Shown: positions 39,474 through 51,934 of the stretch, piece by piece | Position numbering within the stretch: the first letter of the stretch is position 1 | Layout of the letters: the number at the start of each line of letters is the position of its first letter | Origin: Lytechinus pictus | Lineage: Eukaryota | Assembly: GCF_037042905.1 (NCBI RefSeq) | Contig: NC_087246.1 | Coordinates: 3,846,001 to 3,906,000, forward strand | Direction of reading: 5' to 3' | Length of the DNA stretch: 60,000 nucleotides | Position numbers and translations under genes: made by a program | The notes under the pieces: model-generated | Database searches by the model: none | Seen by the model: only the letters and a program-made list of their open reading frames with translations | Told to the model about the DNA's origin: nothing

Positions 39474-41095
39474 CAAGGCTCCTCCGGCAACCATTATTGA
39501 AAAATGCTAAGTTTTGGTGGCCCGAATCGGGCAACCAATAATTCTTAAAGTAGCGCAATTTTTCTCCTGATTTTGCACGCATTTTTATCAACTTTCTACA
39601 GTTCAAATTGCAAGCCAGATCGTCTTCCGACTTTTTCTTCAATCTACACACAAAGTTTGCATAGTCATGACAATACATACCGCTATAGCATACAGTAGCT
39701 ATATCAAGCCTGCTGGCGCCGGCCTGAACGGCATATCATAAGCTGAATGAAGCCATTGCAACTATGGACGTAGCTGCGACACGAAATGTTGCTGCTAAGA
39801 AATCTTCCACAGAACTTTGAAAATCTAAGTCAAAGTCACTTTTAACACCAATGAAATGCCCTTCTACAGTCCATATTGCTAAGATCTGGTGTACCCTGAT
39901 TAATTGCAATCATTAGAAAGAGGAATTATGACCTTTCTATTGACTAAAAAAGACAGAATTTTAAAACCCATAGGTGAGTACATTACAGTCCCACGTGTGT
40001 ATTTGTACTTTTCTCACACTTTTTTTCCAGATATAATTTTTGCAGTTCTCTTATCGTAATTTTTTTCTCTTTCATTTTTTGACAGTGGTTAAGCTGTTTC
40101 TACCCCTTCCTATTGACTTTGTCTGATTAAAGAATATGATAAAAAAATGATTGATAATACACACTGAAGGATATAAAAATAGAAATGCCCCATTTCCAAA
40201 AGGCAAGTGAAAATTATTTGCTTGGCTTTTAATTGTATTCCAGAATAGACTTTTGCCACAGCTGTTAAAATATTTGTAATGGCTTCTTAATATTTCCCAT
40301 TTGTCTTCCCCTTTCCCCAATTTTTGTTGTCATTTTGTTTTATTCATTTTTCTTTCATGTTCTTTTGTTTTATTTTTTTCTTTTCTTTTTTTTCTTATTT
40401 TTTCCTGTTTTTTCTTTTGTTTTATTTCACTTCTTTCTTTAACTATTTTTGTTTTCTTTTTGTATAATATTTTTTGAAAATTATTTTGGTTTGTCTCTCA
40501 CTTTTATGCATTGTTCTAATTTTGCAGCATATTCTTTTATGATTTTCTCCTGCTATAATATGCTGCAAGGCGAAGAAAACAAAAATAAACTGGATTTGGG
40601 GCCTGCTCACTCTAAGTTTCGGGATTCAATGAGGAAGAAAAGGAAAATTATTGTTTTGTATTCTTGTATTCGAGTTTGTTATGCATAATTTATTCACTTT
40701 AGCATTATCAGTGTGTGTCTATATTACATGTACATGCGTAGATCAAAGAAAAAAGTCCACACAACGTGGGAACAATACAATTGATTTATTCTGTTTCAAT
40801 CATTTCATATTTACAATGATAAAATAAGTTATATTTTACCACAAATCAATTTGCAAATATAATAACAGCAAACAAGATGTACATAAAAGAGTAACAAGAT
40901 ACACAAAGTGAAAGTACATGTAACTTAGTGGTCGTGGCTGCAGAATTAATATTCTAGAAGTTATATTCATTTTTAATGTTTTTCCTTATATTTTTCGGGC
41001 CACCAAACTTTTATCTTGGGCCACCAAAAAATATTATATGAAGGTTTTGGTGGCCCGAACAGGCCACCACCAAAAAAAGTTAATGTGGAGCCTTG
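39474..41095. mobile_element. hAT-like non-autonomous DNA transposon
   Basis: TIR CAAGGCTCC...GGAGCCTTG; flanking direct repeat GTGTCGG; subterminal GGTGGCCCG/GGGCCACCA repeats at both ends. Confidence 0.85.
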
Positions 41096-43914
41096 GTGTC
41101 GGTGTGTGTGCACGAAATAAATGGCAGTGAATGGACTGGTGGCTTAAACCAGGATAATGCCCAAAAGTGCTTCGAATGTCAAATTTCCATGTCTAAATAA
41201 TATATTTTTTTTATTTCAATGTTTGATTGGTGAGATATGAATCACTGCAAACAATTTTTATAACAGACCTGTCCTGTGGCAGGTTAGTAGAACTACATGT
41301 ATATTAAACAATTTGGCTTCTGCTTTGCGCTAGAATTGTTTAGATAGATATACATCAGGATTACAATAAACTGCTTAGAATATTCAATTTCCAGATTGAA
41401 ATATACAATATATCTTGTGCTATCACATCACATCACATCAGGATAAGGATGAAAAGGATTTCACCTGTAGATATCTGGTCTTAACGTCGAGGTTGATTGT
41501 TACTATCCTTCTGTGTCTAATTTAAACTTGAATGTGTGTCTGGAATCAACAGTATTTAAATTTCTCATTCCACCAAAATTTGTCAATCCAATTTTTTAAA
41601 CTCTCCTCTACAATTTTTCGAGGTAGATTGTTCCAATCTCTTACAACTCGTTGAGTGAAAAAGATCCAGTCTATATTTTTTCATGAAAAGTTTTAGATTG
41701 TGTCCTCTGGTTATGTTCAGCACTGCTGGTGTAAAAATGTTTCTGGCAGAATTTTAAGTCGACTCATCAGAATTTTTAAGACTGCAATCTGAATCATATC
41801 ACCTCTTCTACGTCAATAATATAATGAATGTAGTTTTAGAGCTTTCAAACATTCCTCATAAGGTAGCTCCGGTAGCTCTACAACAAGCTTTGTTGCTCTA
41901 TGTTGCACCCTTTCAATTTTATCTGAGTCCAATTTATACCGCAAATGCCACAGAATATTACCATATTCAAGATGAGGTCGTACAAGTATGACAAACAAAA
42001 TAGGAAGCATTTCCTTTGGTATTCTCTGAAACGTTCTCTTATCATTCCAACAATTTAGTTTGCTTTCTGCATTAGAAATTTAATTCCTCATCAATAATTA
42101 CTCCAAGGTCTTTTTCACTCTTGTCTGACTTCAACTCCTCTCCATTCATTATGTAATTATTTTGAAGGTTTTTCTTTCCCATATGAACCACCTTGCACTT
42201 TCCAACATTGAATTAAGCTGCCATCTTTTGGACCACTTTGTTATATTGTTAAGGTTGGTTTGGATAGAAATATGATTGGCTGCAGAACTCACTTCTCCAA
42301 AGATTTTTGTATCAGCAATATGTATACCTGATTACTGATCACCTCAGGCAGATCATTAATGAAAATCACAAATAACACAGGTCTTAGCACACTGCCCTTA
42401 GGAATTCTGCTTATGACTTTATTCCAAGTTGAACTCTCTCCATTGATCACACTACCCTTTGTTATCTACTGGTGATGAAAACTTTAATCCAAGCAATCGT
42501 TCATCATGTGGGACAGAGTCAAAAGCCTTCCAAAAGTCCACTGTTTTTCTCTCATCCAATAGTTTGGTGATTTCTTCCAATGCACACAGCAGTTGTGAAA
42601 TACAAGATCGGTCAGGTGTGAAACCATGTTGTGAGTCAGCCAGAAGGTTGTAACGCATCACATGATCCATCAGTTCATCACGTATAAAAGTTTCCAACAG
42701 TTTCCCCACTACAGATGTTAAACTTAATCTTCTACATGTTTCTTGCTACCTTTCTTGTGCAGTGGAGTAAGATGCATTTTGTGAAAGTACCATGTATGAG
42801 AAAGTGGCAACAGAAAAGGGGCAAGTCGCTGTTGCGTCAATTTGAAGTACTGACCGGATTAACTGAAGCACTATATATCAATGTTACGGAGGTTAATCGT
42901 TAGCATTGCCCACTTATGTCACTCAAGTATATCACTTTTGAAATGATTGAAATACATGTAGAAATGCACACAATTCAATATAAGTGTGGTATCCACAATT
43001 TCATTTACTGAAGCCAAAATGTTTGCAAGATAGAAAAAAATATTCAATATTGTTTTTCAGAAGCAGGATTTTACCAAATAACGTAACAAAAAGAACCATA
43101 AAAACCATTACACATCTTTCGTTTAGTTTAATGTTCATAATTTGAATGAGGCAACCTTAAAATAACTTTTCATCCAGAATCTGAGATCCTAAGCTATGCA
43201 TGACCAATTATGGGAATCCAAAGATAGTTTACCATCAAATCCTCTCAATGGCATTTACCCTTGTCAATCTTCGTTACGGAAGTTAAATCAAGTTACAAAT
43301 TGCAATACTTACTTTGTTAGCTTAGGAACATCCATATTTAGGTATTCGTATAACATTTTTTTAAAATTTATTAAAGATGAATGTGGAACGCATTGTTTAA
43401 TTTTGCCACCCCCCCACATAAAAAATGTTAAAACAGACCAACAAACGGACAACTGTCATTTTTGTTGTTGTTTTTGTTCATAGTTGGAATGAGAAAACCG
43501 AATAACCTGGCCACAGAATTGTAGTTCATCTTAAAAGTTTCTGGCCCTAAGTAATCCTAAGCAAGATCCTAAGCAATGCATGGCCAATTCTGGGAATCCC
43601 AAAATACTTTACCATCAAATCCTCGAGTGGCATTTAACCTTGTCAATCTTTGTTACGGAAGTTAAATCAAGTTACAAACTGCAATATTTGTTTTGTTAGC
43701 TTAAGAAAATTAGGAAAATTTTGTTTCATCGAGATACGCAATTACGCATCCTGTTCGTGATTAAAAAAATGATAAATAGCCAAAATGTTTGATTATCGAA
43801 ATACGTATTTCATTCCTAAATTCCAGCAAACCGTGAATGTTTGAAATATCCATTTCCATGTTTTTATGTCAGTAGGCCTATATCAATTATTTAAGCGCTG
43901 TTCATGCGCATTAA

Positions 43915-44190
43915 AGGGGTCATCCAAGCTGAAAAAAAAGGGGAAAAATATGATATGAACAGATAATAATCAGACAAACAAAATACTGCAAATATGATCA
44001 AAATCGAACAAGGAATAACGAAGTTATGCCATTTTAAAGATTTGCATTATTTTAGTGAAACAGTTAAGTCTATGCATATCTTCAGGAACATTAAAAGAGT
44101 TCATTGATGGTGTACATATAGTAAATGTAATCCCCATTTGTTCGTTTGTGTTTTATTGCATGAAATTATTTTTTATTCAATTTATATCCT
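43915..44190. mobile_element. Kolobok-like MITE left-end fragment
   Basis: TTAA-AGGGGTCATCCAAGCTGAAAA, similar to the 10006 and 24302 copies. Confidence 0.6.
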
Positions 44191-45351
44191 CTTTATGTGA
44201 AAGCGTGCTTAAAATGTCTGGCTTTCATATTGGAATGACACATATTTTCAGCTCGCGCATCGCACTCGCTGCGCATCATTTCCTTAGCAAGACATCCACC
44301 TTTTTTTATGATTACAAAATGTTAATAGAATGTCCCGTTTTGGGGTCTAAACCTCAAAAAGCGCACGTTTTACATTTGCAATAATTGTTTATTGGCTATA
44401 TATCTTGTTCTCATATTAAAACGTCCATAAATTATTTTTTTAAGATCAAAATATAAAAATTTTCAGTCGCATCAATTAAGATACCCATTCTTGTAATTGG
44501 TACAAAGAGTGTTTAGAATGTCAAGCTTTCAGTCAGAATACGAAAAAAAACTCAGCTTAGCACTTTGCACTCGTATTAATAGTTTATTCAGATAACATCC
44601 TGATATTTTAAAAAAGAATGCTTAGAATGTCAACTTTTCAGGTTGGACTATACAAAAGTTTTAGGTCGCGCTTCGCGCTCACGTTTGTGATTGTTGATAT
44701 ATTAATCCTCCTCATGAGTCATTGCAAAAAGTTTTTCTTTCCTTGTCCATGAAAGCTTAATTGTTTCTCCTTCTTCCCTTTCCACCGTTTCTGCCGACTT
44801 CAGCATTAGACAAAGCCATGACACCTGTTCTGGAACTAGATTCGTACTATCAATCTCAGCAAAGTACAGCAGAGAAGTGTATTAACTTCCGTAACAATTA
44901 CTTAAAGAACTTAAATAGCAAAGGAAATTATAAATTTTTAGTTCTACAGTAGATGCCAATATTCAAAATTTGTAGTATGAATTATTTCAATTTCCAAAAG
45001 CATTAACTATCGTAAATAATTCTCGGGAAATTGCTTTTGTTGGCAATTTTCTCTCTTTTCAAAGTGATGTTGAAAATAAGCTGTGTAATAATAATTTGAC
45101 AAGGATGAATAGCTATGATTTTTATGGGTACCTGGGTGGAGGGTATTTTATATCTGTATGATCCAGAGTGATTCAGTAAAGCACAAATTTGTAGCATATT
45201 CAAGAAAAAATGTTACGGAAGTTAATGCGTTACGGAGGTTAATGTTTTTATGCTTTACGGTCCAACGTGGTCCTTATTTAGCAGCCCTACCTTTGAAAAC
45301 TGTATTTATTATGAAAGGTGTCTCTTATCCTATATAATACTGAATCCTTAA

Positions 45352-47029
45352 AGGCGGTTTTCCACTAGGGCGCGGACAAGACCAGGAAGGCTTGCGGAAG
45401 CAACTTTTGTCATTTCGGCATGCTGTCCGCACCAAATCCCGAAAAAGATTATGCAAATGAACTTGTCCGAGGACATAACCAGGACTGTCTGCGTTTTGTC
45501 CTAGGACATTCCTGGGAATGTCTTTGGAGTGTTTTAGGACAGCAATGTCTGAATATTTTTTTCGGCGTTTGGCGCGGACAGCATGCAGATCGTATTAGGA
45601 CAAAGCCGGACAAACTTAGGACAACGTCTTGAGAGGTAAAATCAAGGACTCGGATAATCAGAATAATATGCGGACAACCCCCCGATATACAAAGAAGTTA
45701 TCGTCAAGTTATCAAATGAGAAAGCACTTGTTTCCAAAACAACCTTGATTTTGACCCATTCGAGAGCTGGCGAGAATATAAAAGTGTTTCGTCATCAAAA
45801 TACAATTTTCAAAGTAGTTATTCCTATTACATAGGCTACAATATTTCCTTTTTTTTCAAATCGAAATTCATCCATCATGTCCATATTTTATGCCTTCATA
45901 CGAATGAATGAGAGGAAAAATATATCTTTTCGCCTGACATGTCAGAACAGTGTTATATTCTTATATGGAAACGCACCCCATGATGTATCACATATGTCAT
46001 CTTATCATATCATCTAATTAGCAGGATAATGCATCTACCGTATTGTTCATGATTTTAATATAGTCCATCGAATGAAAAAAAAAAAAAAAAATGTTATTAA
46101 AAATGTACCAGCGTTGACGTTTCAAAAGGTGCCATAATAATATCAGCATTTGGCCATTACTTGCTGAATTTGTTTACTTGTTTAAACATCATAATATCAA
46201 ACTATCAACCGTAGTGAGCACCCTCTTCAAAGTTTATGGTGTGAAAAAAAAATCACGATTAAGTCCCCTATCTAACCAAGAAGTGCCCATTTCTTCTTCT
46301 TCCCTTTTGCCCTTTTGTCGTCTTAAATTTTGATACGCTGCCTCTTTCTTTTTCTTTTCTTTTTACAATGACCACTGCTGGCTGCTTTCGTCAACTCGCT
46401 CACTGCATATCCGCACATTCCTGAAACATTCCGTTTGCCTTCTTACTCCTGTCCGCGCATTCCTAACACATTCCTCTTGCCTTCTTATTCTAGTCCGCAT
46501 GTTCCTGACACATTCCGCATGTCATCATTCCGCATGTCATCATTCTTTGCTTCGTGAAGCTGACCTGATCGCGGATGGTTTCCGGAACACGCGGAAGGGT
46601 TTAGGAAGGTCTGGACATCATCAGGACATCGTCAGGACAGGGTCCCGAAGGTGTCAGGAATTCAAAATCCGCGTCCAAACTTTGGTCTCGACCAAAATTT
46701 GGATGCGGACAAATTTTGATTTCCCGAACACCAGGAAGGGTTTAGGAGAACGTGCGGACACCCCTAGGAATGTCCGGACAGGTTGCGGAAGGGTCGCGGA
46801 TTACAATTTTTACATTCCGCGCCTTGTCCTGACGCTGTCCTGGCCATAGTGGAAAAGGGGTAAAATTGGATGCGGACAAATTTTGATTTCCCGAACACCG
46901 GGAAGGGTTTAGGACAGCGTGCGGACACTCCCAGGAATGTCCTTACAGGTTGCGGAAGGGTCGCGGATTGCAATTATTACATTCCGCGCCTTGTCCTGAC
47001 GCTGTCCTGGCCCTAGTGGAAAAGGGGTA
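45352..47029. mobile_element. PIF/Harbinger-like non-autonomous element with duplicated right end
   Basis: TAA flanks; TIR core TTTTCCACTAGGGC / GCCCTAGTGGAAAA; GGACA/GCGGA subterminal repeats; terminal 168 bp present twice. Confidence 0.85.
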
Positions 47030-49316
47030 TAACAGAACTGCCAAAGTGCATATTTTCTTAAGGTGCGTTACGGATGTTATCTATTAATGAATATCACTCT
47101 ACTTGCAGACACATTATCATATAATATCAGTCAGTTTGAAAGGGGGAAAAACTTGTGGCAGTATTCGTTACGGAGGTTAAAATGAATTTGGGACAAAGTT
47201 AAAAGTAGAAATAATCACAAAGTGATCATCAAATACTAGGATAAACGCAATATGTCAGACGTTTACACCAAGCTGCCCTCACCAGACATTAATGTAGGTA
47301 AGAAATACAGACTACTTATAAAAGAGAATGATATTAAAATCTAAAACTGACCAGAGACAGTGTCGATTTTAATAAAAAGCAAAAATAAAAGGCTTTTGTA
47401 ATAAAATTAGAGCTTTACTAGTCACTGGTCGCATATGCTTTGTGGAGCTAGTCTATTAATGTCATTGTCTTGATAATATTTTTGTAGAAAATGTTCAAGG
47501 TTGTGAAGCTAGCGGCCATAAGATAGTCGAGACACGTTTTTTGTGAATTGTAACATTTTTTTGAGAATGACCCAGAATGTTTATTCTGCAGCTCTGGAAT
47601 GTAGGTTGTATCTTCTCTCTTAAATACACTTGTTAAAAATCCATTAAACAATTCAGCCTTTTCTCTGTTTGCAGATAACACTATTCCTTGCGAAACAATC
47701 AAATCGTTCACTCCAGCTTTTTTCTTTTTTCAATTTCCTATTAGCATATTTCCCGAAATCTTTTGGATTAGCAGGAATATTCCGCACCAAATTCTCATCA
47801 AAGTTAATGCAATCTTGTCTCATGAGCTTCCTTTTTAAAAATGATTTTGTTCTTTGGCATACTTAACATCGTCTAAATCATATTCTGAAGATACATATGT
47901 TTTCCATGCCTTCTTTGTTCTCTTAGATTGTTGTAATGATGCCGAGGTGATATACCGTTTTCTAACCGACCTCTTACTAGAGCATTACCTTGATTCTGAA
48001 ACACATTCTTTAGCACATGTCTCAAAAAAGCTTTGAAAACTCTCCCAGGCCTCAACACATGACATAGGCTCAAGCATTGTGCTCCATGGAATTTCCATAA
48101 TCAACTGATTGAATTTCTCATAATCTCCTTTGTCAAGTCTAAAAGCTAATGTTTTTGTGTCTTTTCCCTATTAACTGGCACTTTCAACTTAGTCAGTTAA
48201 CAGCAATGATCACTACATGTACATCCCAGAGGTGGTAGAAATTCTATATCACTTTATACTAAATTCTCACTGTTAGTAACTATCTAGTCCAAAGTACAAG
48301 GGTTCCGATCTTGCCAATGCCTTGTAAAGTCTGAGGCACGCTGGCACAAAAAACGTCCTTAAGTGAATCCAAAACGAGTCTTGCAGGATTACTATCTATC
48401 CCAGGAGCATGCCACAATTCCCACTTGAATGTCTGGGTAATTAAAATCTCCAGCTATCACAATCATGTCTCCCTTCCTCTCTGATATATTGGCAAATAGC
48501 TAGTAAGTCGAGTGTTATTCTCCGCTGTGCTGGCAGTGCTCCTTTAGACACATCCTACTAGTGCTTGCATGTTGTTACATATTACAACAACAAGATTAAA
48601 CGTAATCCTTCAACAAATCCACCTCTGTCACTCTCAGCGAAGCCAGTGTATTAAACGCAGTGTGCCTCAAGATTTCTAAAACAGACATAACCAGGTAGGT
48701 TGAAAGAAACTAAGGCCGACTGGACATTTTTTAGTCTTTGGTTTCACTTCAGTAATTAGAATGATATCAGGTTTGATATCTTGGACTAATTCCTCAAATT
48801 TATTTGGTAAAGAGTCAGCATTTGTTTATAGCAATCTTAGTTCCTTTAACTCACAGATTCCTTGATTACCCATCCCTCTGGTGCGTGGAATGCATCATTG
48901 ATTACTTTCCTGATCGTCAGTGTCCGTATCACTGGAGATAACATCCGGATATTAAGAGGCCTCTAATACTGCCTCATCTTGGTTTCCTCCATGTATCCTG
49001 ACATGTACATGGCATCCACAATAAGAGTAATGAGACGTCCTCTACAAATGACCAAGTTATCTTCTCCACATTCGTCACGCCTTCTCTTTAACTCTTCTCC
49101 TAGTGTTTTGTTCTCCATTCGTTGTTGCTTAGTCATGTCTGGTGATATGTATGTACTGGACTACTCTTTAATAGACCACTCTTTACTAGACCACTCTCTA
49201 GACCCACAGTCTTATATATCAAGGGTCTTTTCCAGGACACACCCTAAAACCCAACAATTTTTACTATTCATTCAACACCTGGCTTGGTGCAGGCATACAA
49301 TACAGGCTTACATGTA

Positions 49317-49561
49317 CCTGTATTGTACATAACTTTCTTTTATTCAGGCTCTATGCCAAGAGTTATGCTTGCACCTGTATTGTACATAACTTTCTTTTAT
49401 TCAGGCTCTATGCCAAGAGTTATGCTTGCACCTGTATTGTACATAACTTTCTTTTATTCAGGCTCTATGCCAAGAGTTATGCTTGCACCTGTATTGTACC
49501 TACATGTAACTTACTTTCATTCAGGCTCTATGCCCAAGAGTTACTATGCTTGCACCTGTAT
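49317..49561. repeat. 57-bp minisatellite (3 identical units plus 1 variant)
   Basis: CCTGTATTGTACATAACTTTCTTTTATTCAGGCTCTATGCCAAGAGTTATGCTTGCA at 49317, 49374 and 49431, variant at 49488. Confidence 0.95.
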
Positions 49562-50531
49562 TTCATATCACTACAGTATGTTAAGCTACCTTATCTTGTT
49601 TTTTAAAATGAAGCCAAGAACTTCATTCTTTATAAAGAACTTTAAGGAATTTCCTCAAAAAATCAATAATGAAAATCAGATGTTAGTGGCTGATCTAGAA
49701 ATTAATGTGAATGATTTTTTTTGCTGCATCCTCATATTCAATGAAAGCTGGATCTGCCCGTGGGTATTATAAAAGAAAATGTGACTGGGGAGAATGAGGA
49801 ATACTATCATACCTCTTGGTCGCATGTCAAAAAGTGGTCCTATTGACCGAACAGAATAAAAATGGTCAAAAAATTATTCTTTTATGTGTTACAGGTATTA
49901 CCATTCTGTAAAAAAAAAAAAGTTTTTAGTCCCAAAATACCTTTCTTTTCCTTCACATGACTAAATGCTACCTGTTACACAGACATCAATGTAAATATGA
50001 ATTTTCAAATGCGTTTTTCTCCAGTTAGACCTGCTGCACATAAAATGGTGTTATAAGTTAATGCTACATCGGATCAGACTTTTGCAGTTTTAATCTTGTA
50101 ACATGGTAGAAAAACAAATGATTTTCTGTTGTTGTATGCATATCAATTACACTAATTAACAGTTCACAATTAAGTTAAGTAAATAAGCCAAACACATGCA
50201 TGGACATTTGAAATTAAGGGAGAGAAATGATTTTGCATAATATATTTTATTTAATGAAATTTATGCGACAAACTGATATAACCAAGCTGATAATAATGGG
50301 TTTAAATGAAACTGCACGAAAAGACAATCATAATGTATTTCCTTCCAAGCTAATGTAAATAAATAAATGATAAATTTAATTGGAAAATGATCATCACAAT
50401 TGCTATTTTCTAACTTGGCCAGACTTTAAAACACAAGACATTTTTATCCATATGAGGAGTAGATATACATTGTGTCTTGTTTATTTAGGATACTCTCTTT
50501 TTTTGTAAATTGATATTCAGAGACTAGTTAA

Positions 50532-51302
50532 CTCTTAACATGCCATACACACTACTAACCCAACGCCACAGTGCTAATCCAATGCTAATCCCCTGTGCCA
50601 GCCACAAAACCCCCCTGTGCCACATTGATTTTGGGATCGCGAGTCGTATTCACTCCTTTCAATAGTCATGATTACAATTGCTTGTAACTCTCTAACGATT
50701 AGTTTATCCACAAAATATTGTGTAAAGTTGTAGGAAATTTCATACCCCTTATAATGGTGTCCTCATTATATGGATTGGTTATTATCTTTACCGTTAAAAT
50801 ATGAGTTGTATCAAGTAGTTCCATTTTGTGGAGTGTTTTGTATGGATAAAAAAACCTAGGTCTCTTCCCTTTTGGAGGCGGAGCCATATCTTGTAAAAAA
50901 TGTAGTAATACTCGAAAAAGTCTAATGTAAACCGCGTGAGTAAGTTGATCTGTCAGAAAGCAGAGTTCGCACTGCACACAATAGTGCTAATTACGGCGTG
51001 CATGCGATGCGCAATACAATGCAAAACGGCGTAACAATGATTGTAATTCCGAATGTGCGCAGTCATGCACGAAGCAGGCGAGGGTAGGAAACAATGCAAG
51101 CACAAAGCAATCAATAGTAGGCGTGCGAGCACGAGTGTGGCATGTTATAGTTGGATACGTAGCGTGCACGAAGCACTCAATGAGTTAAGGGATACTACAT
51201 TTATTAAAAAACTACTATTTCATTTTGTACTCCGGCTAACTTTTTATTTACTATCACAGAAATTACTACTTATTATTTTCATGAGCTTGTGCTGTTTAAG
51301 AG
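50532..51302. mobile_element. possible piggyBac-like MITE
   Basis: TTAA-CTCTTAACATGC ... GCTGTTTAAGAG; CpG-rich interior with GTGC repeats; right TSD imperfect. Confidence 0.45.
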
Positions 51303-51646
51303 TAGATTGGAAATAAAAATCAATAACAACAGTTATTTCCTTCTCTCTTTTAGGGGTGTAGTCTATCAAGTTGAAAAATATTATTTTATAAAAGTATTTG
51401 AAAATGTCTGATAAATCTTAACTATATTTCAGCATAGTCATGTTATGATTACAGAATTTTGATTGATTTAAGATCCATAAGAAAAGAAGTTACTCCAAGA
51501 ACTGCTCCCCGCAATAAATTTCTCTTTCTTTTTTGCTTGTTCTTCCTCAGCATATCACAGATTACAAATTAATACCTAGAGTACGCTTGGGTAGCTGGCA
51601 ATTTTTTCATTATACGCTGGTAATTGTCTTTAACAAATCTCCACTC

Positions 51647-51934
51647 ATGAAGATGAGAAGAGGGAAATCGTCCGGGGGCACACCCTTGGCCTCTAGCAAG
51701 GATGAAAAGGTGATGGCTCCCAGCTCCATATCCCCAGAACCAAACATGGATTCTCCAGGCAAGACTCCTCAGTCTGAGGGTGCAGGAGGGAGTGGGACAG
51801 AGACAGAGCCCAAACCAGAGGAAGAGAAGACGGGAGAAAGCAGTAAAACCAATGTACTACATGTAGGGACAGGTTCAGCATCCATACAGGAGATGCTAGC
51901 TGAGCTATATCGTCTTGTCAAAGACACACATAAG
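51647..51934 (+). CDS. SGF29: SGF29 first coding exon (acceptor at 51550/51551, upstream part UTR)
   Basis: cttcctcag acceptor, ATG 51647, aag/gtgagt donor. Confidence 0.8.

Larger units (their letters stand above)
41500..49150 (-). mobile_element. decayed CR1-group LINE split by an insertion of about 4.8 kb (LINE segments about 41500-42778 and 47560-49150)
   Basis: Minus-strand remnants in the expected order: ORF1 tail ISPDMTKQQR; APE motifs TNADSLPNK, KPDII, IAGDFNY; EKAELFNGFLTSVF; then TPLHKKG, SLTSVVGKLLE, QHGF, DFWKAFDSVPH, RPHLEY, IERVQHRATKLV. Confidence 0.9.

Noticed and set aside
46499..46973. ORFs in the GC-rich GGACA-repeat region
   Set aside because: Subterminal repeats of a non-autonomous transposon with no transposase motifs
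42883..47180. GTTACGGAAGTTAA copies as CRISPR-like repeats
   Set aside because: Only 14 bp long, very irregular spacing (17 bp to about 1.8 kb) and one copy inverted
49317..49561. Possible CRISPR array
   Set aside because: Units are contiguous identical repeats with no unique spacers, no cas genes are present and the context is eukaryotic
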